From: a bacterium
GTDB lineage: Bacteria; UBP15; UBA6099
Reading direction: 5' to 3'
Length of the DNA: 63,682 nucleotides
Assembly: GCA_041664945.1 (NCBI GenBank)
Contig: JBAYJY010000005.1
Location: forward strand, 1-63,682
This document shows, one piece after another, positions 56,888 to 63,682 of the stretch. Both the position numbers and the translations under genes were made by a program. Every line of letters begins with the position of its first letter. The stretch's first letter is position 1. The notes under the pieces were generated by a model, which had not been told where the DNA came from, did not search any database, and saw only the letters and a program-made list of their open reading frames with translations.

Positions 56888-59260
56888 TTATGATTTGGTT
56901 TCATTAACGTCTTTGTAGCCGATCAGCCTCAGCCCGTTCGATATGACTATCAGCGAGGCCCCCATGTCGGCGAACACAGCCATCCACAGCGTCGCGACTC
57001 CCGCGACCGCAGCCGCGAGAAACACCGCCTTAATCGCAAGCGCGAGTATTATGTTCTGCCTTATGACAGACACTGACTTGCGGCTGATCCTTATCGCGAA
57101 TGACAGCTTCCTCAGATCGTCGGTCATCAGAACGATGTCCGCCGTTTCAAGCGCGGCGTCCGTTCCGGCGATTCCCATCGCTACGCCCACCGTAGCCGCC
57201 GCAAGCGCCGGCGCGTCGTTCACCCCGTCGCCCACCATCGCCGCCGCCCCGTATTTTTTCAGCAGTTCCCGGACCGCCGCCACTTTGTCCTCAGGCAGCA
57301 AACCGGCCCGGACTTCGTCGACTTTCAGCCGCGCGCCTATCTCGTTCGCCGCCGCCGCCGTGTCTCCTGTCAGCATCACCACCCGCTGAATCCCTTCCTT
57401 TTTCAGCAGCCGCACAGCTTCCGCCCCGCTCTCGCGCCCCGCGTCCTCCAGCGCTATCATGCCAAGCGCCTCCCTCTCGTCGCCGACCAGCGCCGCCGTC
57501 CGGCCAGCCCCTTCCATCGCGTTCAGCCGCTCGTCAAATGCGTCCGTCCGCAACCCTTTTTCTTGAAACAGTCGCCGGTTGCCGACATAGTATGTCGCGC
57601 CGCCGACATTCCCTTTCGCGCCCATTCCCGTGAAAGACTCAAAATCGTCGACGCCCGGAAACGACACCCCATTCTCTTTCGCTTTTTCCACTATCGCTTT
57701 CGCTATATGATGTTCGGACCGCGACTCTATCGCCGCGGCGACACTCAATATTTCCGCCTCGCTTTTCCCTCTCGCGGCCGCGATTTCCACAACTTTCGGA
57801 ACTCCGGCTGTAAGCGTTCCGGTCTTGTCGAACGCGACGGCTCTAATGCCGCCCATCGCTTCAAGATATGCGCCGCCCTTGATCAACGCGCCGCCCTTCG
57901 CCGCCGCCGACAACGCGCTCACCACCGCCACAGGCGTCGAGATCACCAGCGCGCACGGACACGCTATCACCAACAGCGTGAGCGCCCTGTAAAACCACCC
58001 TCCGAACGGCTGCCCGAACGCAAGCGGCGGAACCGCCGCCACGAGCGCCGCGAGCGCGATCACCGCCGGCGTGTAATATCTCGCAAATTTATCCACGAAC
58101 CGCTGCGTCGGCGCCTTCTGCGCCTGCGCATCCTGTATCATGTGTATGATCTTCGCAAGCGTTGTGTCCGCGGACAGCTTCGTAACCCGAACCTCCACCG
58201 CTCCCTGCTCGTTGAGCGTTCCGGCGAAAACCTCGTCGCCGGCCGCCTTATATACCCGGCGCGATTCTCCCGTGATCGGCGCCTGATTCACATAGGCGCC
58301 CCCTTTCACAACCTCTCCGTCCAGCGGAAATTTCTCTCCCGGCTTAATGACTATCATTTCACCAACCCGGATGTCGCCTACATCCACATCCTCCTCAACC
58401 CCTCCTCGTATCGCCGTCGCCTTGTTCGGCGCGACCTGAATCAGCGCGCCGACCGCCCGCCTCGCCCGCTCCATGCTGTAATTCTCGAGCAGGTTTGCCA
58501 CCGCGAACAGAAATACAACCATCGCTCCCTCGCTCCACTGCCCTATCGCCGCCGCCCCGGCCGCCGCTATCATCATCAGCGAGTTCATGTCCAAACTCAG
58601 ATTCCTGAGCGCCATAATCCCTTTCCTCGCCGTATGCCAACCCCCGGAAATCATTGCCGTCAGATACAAAACATATGTCATCGCGTCGGCCTGTTTGTGC
58701 TCATAACTGTGAATGTAGGCGATGATAACGAACAATCCGGAAACCGCTGTGAGAATCGCCTGCCCGCGCTTTTCCCAAAACGTCGTTTTCGCCGGCGCAT
58801 GCCCCGCGGCGGTCAACGCCCTCGCCTTGTATCCTACGCTCGCTATCGCGCCGATTATTTCTTCCACCGCGCACGTATGCTCCACCGTCATATCGCCCGC
58901 CACGAGGTTGAACCCGACAACCGAAACGCACTTCAGGCTCTTCAACTTTTTCTCTATCACAGTCGATTCCTCGGAACAGTCCATTCCGTCAACATGCAAT
59001 ACCGTTGTTTTCGCTCCGCCGCCGTTGCGAACCTGAAAACCCGCCTGCGCTATTTTTCTGGCGATGTCGCCCGCGGCCGCCCCTCCGCGCTTCGGCGTGA
59101 CCTTTACCGTCTCATTCATGAAATCCACTCTGGCTTCTTCAACGCCTTCCATCTGGCGCAAAGCGTTTTCCAAATTCGAGGCGCAACTCGGGCAGTCCAT
59201 CCCGCCCACCGCAAACTCGATCTTTCCGTCATCTGTTTCGATTCCCGAATTCTTTTTCAC
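56888..59260 (-). CDS. heavy-metal (Zn/Cd/Pb-type) P1B-type ATPase
   Basis: 790 aa, GTG start. One intact HMA domain (GMDCPSCA) and a second, degenerate one (GMDCSEES). TM CPC motif (IACPCALVISTP), DKTGTLT, GDGVNDAPAL. Confidence 0.9.
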   Translation of the reverse strand: MKKNSGIETDDGKIEFAVGGMDCPSCASNLENALRQMEGVEEARVDFMNETVKVTPKRGGAAAGDIARKIAQAGFQVRNGGGAKTTVLHVDGMDCSEESTVIEKKLKSLKCVSVVGFNLVAGDMTVEHTCAVEEIIGAIASVGYKARALTAAGHAPAKTTFWEKRGQAILTAVSGLFVIIAYIHSYEHKQADAMTYVLYLTAMISGGWHTARKGIMALRNLSLDMNSLMMIAAAGAAAIGQWSEGAMVVFLFAVANLLENYSMERARRAVGALIQVAPNKATAIRGGVEEDVDVGDIRVGEMIVIKPGEKFPLDGEVVKGGAYVNQAPITGESRRVYKAAGDEVFAGTLNEQGAVEVRVTKLSADTTLAKIIHMIQDAQAQKAPTQRFVDKFARYYTPAVIALAALVAAVPPLAFGQPFGGWFYRALTLLVIACPCALVISTPVAVVSALSAAAKGGALIKGGAYLEAMGGIRAVAFDKTGTLTAGVPKVVEIAAARGKSEAEILSVAAAIESRSEHHIAKAIVEKAKENGVSFPGVDDFESFTGMGAKGNVGGATYYVGNRRLFQEKGLRTDAFDERLNAMEGAGRTAALVGDEREALGMIALEDAGRESGAEAVRLLKKEGIQRVVMLTGDTAAAANEIGARLKVDEVRAGLLPEDKVAAVRELLKKYGAAAMVGDGVNDAPALAAATVGVAMGIAGTDAALETADIVLMTDDLRKLSFAIRISRKSVSVIRQNIILALAIKAVFLAAAVAGVATLWMAVFADMGASLIVISNGLRLIGYKDVNETKS

Positions 59261-59289
59261 AATATCACCCCGTCAGACGAAACTATGGT

Positions 59290-59303
59290 TGAACATATAT
59301 TCA
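59290..59303. promoter_or_regulatory. ArsR/SmtB-type operator-like inverted repeat (site 2, between regulator and ATPase)
   Basis: TGAACATATATTCA (TGAA-N6-TTCA) lies 30 nt upstream of the ATPase GTG. Confidence 0.4.
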
Positions 59304-59321
59304 TATTTACGTTTAAAAAAT

Positions 59322-59681
59322 TTATTCCTCCGCGTGGTCCAATCCCTGCTTGAACAGGCTCCTGATATGATCGTCCGCAAGCGAGTAGTAAACGATCCGG
59401 CCTTCTTTTCTGTACTTCACTAACCGCGTGTTCCTGAGAATCCGCAACTGGTGCGAAATCGCCGATTCGCTCATTTGCAGAAGATTGGAGATGTCGCAAA
59501 CGCAAAGCTCCGCCGTCAGCAGCGCATAAAGAATTTTAACCCGCGTCGGATCTCCGAGCACCTTGAAGGTTTCGGCCAGCAACGCTATCGTCTCTTCCGG
59601 CTTCATCCGGCTTCTCACCCTGTCCACCGCTTCTTTGTGAACGAACTGAACCGTGCATGTATCTTTAGTTTTCGCCGCCAT
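59322..59681 (-). CDS. ArsR/SmtB-family metal-sensing transcriptional repressor
   Basis: Start at ATG 59681 (GGAGG 5 nt upstream). Winged HTH with an ELCVCDISNLL metal-site motif and SHQLRILR recognition helix. Confidence 0.85.
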   Translation of the reverse strand: MAAKTKDTCTVQFVHKEAVDRVRSRMKPEETIALLAETFKVLGDPTRVKILYALLTAELCVCDISNLLQMSESAISHQLRILRNTRLVKYRKEGRIVYYSLADDHIRSLFKQGLDHAEE

Positions 59682-59698
59682 GCGTCCTCCATCATATA

Positions 59699-59741
59699 TG
59701 AACAACTATTCAATTATAATGTCCCCTCTTCTGTTCGTCAA
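59699..59741 (-). promoter_or_regulatory. consensus-like sigma70 promoter with abutting ArsR/SmtB operator (site 1)
   Basis: On the minus strand: TTGACG (59741-59736), 17 nt, TATAAT (59718-59713), immediately followed by TGAATAGTTGTTCA (59712-59699; TGAA-N6-TTCA). Confidence 0.6.
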
Positions 59742-59773
59742 TATTTGTTATTGTCCGAATGGCCGGTCATACG

Positions 59774-59808
59774 AAAACAGCCGCGACAGTTTCGCCGCGG
59801 CTGTTTTT
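59774..59808. terminator. bidirectional rho-independent terminator
   Basis: AAAA-CAGCCGCG-(10-nt loop)-CGCGGCTG-TTTTT, 30 nt downstream of the dehydratase-family gene stop on the minus strand. Confidence 0.7.
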
Positions 59809-59836
59809 GATTAGTTGCAAGACGCTGATAACGCGC

Positions 59837-61108
59837 CTATTTCAACATTTCCATGAACGACTGGAGGCGGGTTTTGAGCTGTTCGCCGTCGTTGGCCGAG
59901 AAGTCAGATTCGAGCGACAGGACCGGAATGCCTTCCTTTTTAAGCGCCTTTTCCGCCTTAACCGCTTCAGCCGCATACGTCTGGCAGAACGAAAGGTTAT
60001 AGTGAACGACGCCGTCGGCCTTGGTTTCCTTAGCCATGGCGACAATATCGTCGATGCGTTCGCTGTTGGGAGTAAAACATGCGCAGTGAGTTCCGAGGAG
60101 TCGGTCCGCAATCGCGGCGATCTGGCCGTCGAGCGTTCCGTCGCTCTCTGGTGTAGTCGTTGAATAATAGCGGCTGCCGACGCAGGATTCCTCGCCGACG
60201 AACACGGCGCCCAGCGACTCGGCGATCGAGAACAGCTTCCAGTCCGGGAGCGGGAGCGGCGTTCCGGTGTAAAGAAGCCGCGGGGCGGATTCGGAGAAAA
60301 CGCCATCATTTTTCGCAACGCGCGCTTCAAGTTCGGCGGCCAGTTCGTTAACCTTGCCGGTGAAGCGGTCTATGTCGTCATAGAAAGCGATCTGCGACAC
60401 AAGCAGCGCATCGAGCCCGGAGATCGGCGCCGGGGCCGAGGAGCGGACCTTGTTCAGCCTCCGGATGGCGGCCTTCTTCGCTTCGAGCTTCCCGGTCGCC
60501 GCGGCGAGCGAAGCCGCGTCCAGCTTTTTCCCGGTTTCCGCTTCGAGCTTAACCGCAAGTTCTTTGAGCTCGCCGATGAACATATCGCGGCCCGCCGGCG
60601 TCTTCTTCTGCGGAACGTCCATCACATACGTCGGATGATATTCGCCGAGAACCTCGTACATCTTCTTCTTGCCGTCGCAGGTGTTTTCGCCGATCAGCAA
60701 GTCAGACGACTGGATATAGGGGCATGTCCTGTTCATTTTGAAACCGAGCGACGCCCGGACGAGCGGGCATGTTTTCGCCGGAATCAGGCCGTCGCTGTCC
60801 GGAACCGCGAAATCGGCGCCCGCGCAAAGGCCGACCTGAATCCCGCCGAGCGCCATCACGATATCCTCGGGCGCGAACACGCAGAACGCGCCGATAACCT
60901 TGCCGCCCTTGTCCCTATGCTCCTGCAGTTCCTGAATGCGAAGCCCGTGCGCCTCGCTAACCACGAAATCGAAATACTGCATCCCCTCCGGCCTGCCCTT
61001 CTGCGCAACGTAAATCTGCGTGTACGCCTGCCCTAAAACCCCGAGCAGTTCGTCGTGCCTCGCGAGGTCCATGCCGAGGTTGGTCCACATCTGTCTGTAA
61101 TCAGCCAT
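59837..61108 (-). CDS. 2-hydroxyacyl-CoA dehydratase / BcrCB-HgdAB-family (double-cubane-cluster-type) protein
   Basis: 423 aa. Family-typical layout with conserved Cys positions (AFCVFAPED, GLCAGAD, NTCDGKKK, ESCVGSRY, HCACFTP, LSFCQTY). GGGAGAAAG RBS. Confidence 0.65.
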   Translation of the reverse strand: MADYRQMWTNLGMDLARHDELLGVLGQAYTQIYVAQKGRPEGMQYFDFVVSEAHGLRIQELQEHRDKGGKVIGAFCVFAPEDIVMALGGIQVGLCAGADFAVPDSDGLIPAKTCPLVRASLGFKMNRTCPYIQSSDLLIGENTCDGKKKMYEVLGEYHPTYVMDVPQKKTPAGRDMFIGELKELAVKLEAETGKKLDAASLAAATGKLEAKKAAIRRLNKVRSSAPAPISGLDALLVSQIAFYDDIDRFTGKVNELAAELEARVAKNDGVFSESAPRLLYTGTPLPLPDWKLFSIAESLGAVFVGEESCVGSRYYSTTTPESDGTLDGQIAAIADRLLGTHCACFTPNSERIDDIVAMAKETKADGVVHYNLSFCQTYAAEAVKAEKALKKEGIPVLSLESDFSANDGEQLKTRLQSFMEMLK

Positions 61109-61390
61109 CTTTTACTTTCTCCCTTTTTTTCATTTTTTTATATCCGTTTTAAAAATGCAAAACCATTACAACGCCGTTTACGCTCAAAACATGAAATGCG
61201 CTTATTGCGGATTGCTGATTATTCGCCGACTGTTGGATGGATTCGAGTTAGAATGCGCTCGAGGAGAAGAGAATACAGCCGGCTGCCTCGGCAACCGCTT
61301 TAACGAAACCGCCCTCGCGATACAAAACCTGCATCGCATCAAGCGGCGTTCACGTTTTGCGGCGTATGATGACCATATTCTCACCCCCTC

Positions 61391-61421
61391 GCATAAAAGA
61401 AAAAACCCGTAATGTTCGGGT
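61391..61421 (-). terminator. rho-independent terminator candidate after the glycoside hydrolase gene
   Basis: On the minus strand: ACCCG-AACATTA-CGGGT followed by TTTTTTCTTTT. A 9-bp hairpin (61449-61477) also overlaps the stop codon. Confidence 0.5.
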
Positions 61422-61473
61422 GACAGATTATAGCGCGGCGACGCTCCCGTAGGCAAGGCCGCGCGGCGCTTGC

Positions 61474-63018
61474 CTACCGGTTAATTTGCATGGAATCCTG
61501 ATCGCGCTCCGGCACGGTAAATGTGTTGTTTCCGGCAATTACCTTTTTAGTGAATTGGCCCTGCGGCATGTCGACAACCAGCTCAAACGGGCTGTCGGAT
61601 TTTATCGTAATTGTCGCCGGGTCCGTGTTTGCCGCCCTGGGTTCGGCGATGAGCGTCACGCTCTTGTTGTCGCCGAAGTGGAAGTTCTTCATTCCGTGGC
61701 GGTCGGTTCGGCGGATGCGCCAGGTGAGCCGGTCGGCGGGCGCGTCCGCCCGGAGCCCTATAATGTTTTCGATCAGCATCGCGATCGGGCCGACTCCGCT
61801 CCAGCCGACAAAGTTGCCCGCCGAGGCGTTCCCGCGCGAGGCGTACTCCGGCGCGTAGTTTTCCCATATCGTGCCGGTCACCCTCAGAACATCGGACATA
61901 TTCTTCAGGTGCAGTTCCACCGCCTCCGCCGCAAAATCGTCGTATCCATAGTTCAGAAGCCCGCGTATTATCATGTACTCCGTCGGCGCCCACACGCTGC
62001 CTTTCCAGTAGCCGCCCCCGCGATCGTACAAAATATTGTCCCGCGATGCGGTCGGAAACGGATGCGGCCTCCAGAACTCCTTCTTGTTCATCAGATGCCG
62101 CTCCACAAGCAGTTTCGTCCGGTCCGCCGGCGCTATGTTCGCCAGCATCGGCCAGAACGACGCCACGGTTTTAACCCGCGTCAGCATTCCTCTGGCGTTC
62201 AGGTCGAAATACATATCCAGGCGCTTGTCCCAGAATTTTTCGTTCACCAGCCGGTTCAGTTCGTCGTAGTCTTTTTGAAAAGCCGCCGCATCGGCGTCGA
62301 GCCCGGCCACCTTCGCGATCCTGGCAAGGTACATCGCGTTCAGCGCCTGCTGCGCCGTCAGGTCAACCCAACTGTAGCCGTATGACACCCCAGAATCGTC
62401 GCCGTCCGGATATGTGCGCGGCGAATTGTCCATCCCGCTCGCGAGGTTCGTCGTCCAGTAAAGCCCGGACGGCAGCCGCCTGTTTTTTTGAATCCATGTG
62501 TAATGCTTCTTCAGGTACGGGAACACCTGCTTTAGCCGCCCGGCGTCGCCGTTGATCATATAGTTTTCCCATTCGACCCACGAATAGAGCGGCGGGTTGA
62601 TCGAGTTATTGTGCGTCGGACCCCAGTAATCCGTCCCGTCCGTCTCTCGTATCTCGCGGTCGATGAACCCGTCGGCGTGCTGTTTCGCGTAGAAATTGTC
62701 GAACGATTTCACGCCCGGCACGACATCCTGCGCGTAACGGCCGAACATCACCATGAAACACGTGTCCCACTGGAAAATGTTGTCGCTGAATCCCTCGTCC
62801 ATGTAATCGCTCACGAATCCGCTGCCCGGACGCGGCTTACGCGTCTTCGTCAGCGCGATCTCCCACGCCTTCCAGTACAGCTCGACGAGTCGCGGCGATT
62901 TTTCCAGCACAGGCTCCGGGATGCGCACGTCTACAGGCTTAACCGCCGCCTTCGCCGCCGAAGAACCGATGACTATCGCCGCAACAGACATAATCAGAAT
63001 TAATTGTTTTGTTTTCAT
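61474..63018 (-). CDS. secreted (alpha/alpha)6-barrel glycoside hydrolase, trehalase/GH63/MGH1-like
   Basis: 514 aa. Signal peptide and blocks FQWDTCFMVMFGRY, PPLYSW, GMDNSPR, GYWKGSVWAPTEYM, GTIWENY, typical of the clan GH-G trehalase-like fold. Confidence 0.7.
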   Translation of the reverse strand: MKTKQLILIMSVAAIVIGSSAAKAAVKPVDVRIPEPVLEKSPRLVELYWKAWEIALTKTRKPRPGSGFVSDYMDEGFSDNIFQWDTCFMVMFGRYAQDVVPGVKSFDNFYAKQHADGFIDREIRETDGTDYWGPTHNNSINPPLYSWVEWENYMINGDAGRLKQVFPYLKKHYTWIQKNRRLPSGLYWTTNLASGMDNSPRTYPDGDDSGVSYGYSWVDLTAQQALNAMYLARIAKVAGLDADAAAFQKDYDELNRLVNEKFWDKRLDMYFDLNARGMLTRVKTVASFWPMLANIAPADRTKLLVERHLMNKKEFWRPHPFPTASRDNILYDRGGGYWKGSVWAPTEYMIIRGLLNYGYDDFAAEAVELHLKNMSDVLRVTGTIWENYAPEYASRGNASAGNFVGWSGVGPIAMLIENIIGLRADAPADRLTWRIRRTDRHGMKNFHFGDNKSVTLIAEPRAANTDPATITIKSDSPFELVVDMPQGQFTKKVIAGNNTFTVPERDQDSMQINR

Positions 63019-63174
63019 GCGTTGATTATATTCGTTTTGCGACGCCGCACAACTTCCATTTAAATGTTCGTTTCCATTTTATTATGTTATTATGTGTATT
63101 CGGATCGCTTTGTTTTTCATATGGCAAGTCCGTGTAATGCAGTCTGTAAAAATTAAAATCAGGATGGAGAAACT

Positions 63175-63682
63175 ATGAAAGAAACAACCAATATACTCGA
63201 AATGGACAAACTCAGCCCGGCGCAGTTTCGTAACCTCGACCGGAGCCGGACCCTCGTAGTGATTCCGTTCGCGCCGATCGAGTTTCACGGCGACCACCTG
63301 CCGCTCGGCACTGACATCATTTTCGCGCGCGACGCCTTCCGGTTCGTCGGCAAACGATTTACCGCCGCGAATCCGGACTGGACATTCCTCTTTTTGCCGG
63401 TGATTCCGCTCGGCGCCGACACCGTGCCGCACGGCGGCTCGCTCTGGGTGGATAAAACGATAATCCGGGATGTCGCCGAACAGATGGTCGAGAAACTGAT
63501 CGGATACGGGTTCAGATACATATCGCTGTTCACCGGCCACGGCGGCTACGGCCAGGTGGTCGCTCTCGAAGAAGTGTCCCGAAAAATGAGAGCGAAGCAT
63601 AAGAAAAAAAACGTCATGGTGTTCGCGCCGCTGACTTACCTGCTTCAGCGCACCGCTTCAAAGGAATTTCAGGATTTGCTTA
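63175..63682 (+). CDS. creatininase-family amidohydrolase (partial, runs off the window end)
   Basis: Not in the ORF track (no stop). The ATG at 63175 follows AGGATGGAGA. I translated 169 codons without a stop: MKETTNILEMDKL...PIEFHGDHLPLGTDI...FTGHGGY, matching the creatininase E-x-H-G-x-HLPLGTD motif. Confidence 0.75.
   Translation, partial: MKETTNILEMDKLSPAQFRNLDRSRTLVVIPFAPIEFHGDHLPLGTDIIFARDAFRFVGKRFTAANPDWTFLFLPVIPLGADTVPHGGSLWVDKTIIRDVAEQMVEKLIGYGFRYISLFTGHGGYGQVVALEEVSRKMRAKHKKKNVMVFAPLTYLLQRTASKEFQDLL

Noticed and set aside
61350-61376. Mini-ORF MVIIRRKT behind a strong GAGGGGG Shine-Dalgarno on the minus strand (possible leader peptide)
   Set aside because: The RBS lies only a few nt after the T-tract of the upstream terminator, leaving no room for a promoter. 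The same G-rich tract is better explained as one arm of the long-range helix noted in the findings.
1-63682. Search by eye for tRNA/rRNA genes, CRISPR arrays, transposases, integrases, phage or defence-system genes, and sigma54 (TGGCAC-N5-TTGC) promoters
   Set aside because: Nothing convincing was found. Intergenic regions are short and are explained by promoters, terminators or the repeats listed. A computational scan (tRNAscan-SE, Infernal, minced, DefenseFinder, PWM search) would be needed to confirm their absence.

Overview
63.7-kb GC-rich chromosomal segment. The gene content suggests a diderm and probably anaerobic bacterium (OM beta-barrel and BamE-like proteins, selenocysteine formate dehydrogenase, 2-hydroxyacyl-CoA-dehydratase-family enzyme). 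I cannot name a lineage from sequence alone. I support about 47 protein genes, one deletion-derived pseudogene, and several promoters, terminators and short repeats. I saw no rRNA, tRNA, CRISPR array, transposase, integrase or phage genes. Two long minus-strand blocks dominate. Block 1 (25.3 to 4.6 kb) runs ubiB-rsmI, a 1636-aa outer-membrane giant, PilZ-REC, a UbiA prenyltransferase, two TPR proteins, a Zn-ADH, GAF-GGDEF, cutA, DUF62, an M48 peptidase and an NtrC-type regulator. Block 2 (45.7 to 28.1 kb) is the most interesting part. It is a Wsp/Che3-style chemosensory operon (HTH-REC, cheW, cheR, cheW, mcp, cheA-REC, cheB) translationally coupled to a REC-headed hybrid kinase. A second, 1376-aa multi-PAS hybrid kinase follows, then a stand-alone B12-binding protein carrying the CarH-type Wx9EH photoreceptor motif, a Cys-free phycobiliprotein-like helical protein, and a PAS-like protein with a CxxC...CxxC tail. 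A decayed paralogue of the kinases lies just downstream. The rest of the window holds an ECF Co/Ni-type transporter pair (ATPase with a His-rich tail), ribokinase, a Tat-exported Sec-containing FdhAB plus fdhE, an ArsR-regulated P1B metal ATPase, glycoside-hydrolase-like secreted proteins, a GT-C-like membrane protein and a creatininase-family gene cut by the window end. All functional calls come from motifs I could read in the translations. No database search was run.
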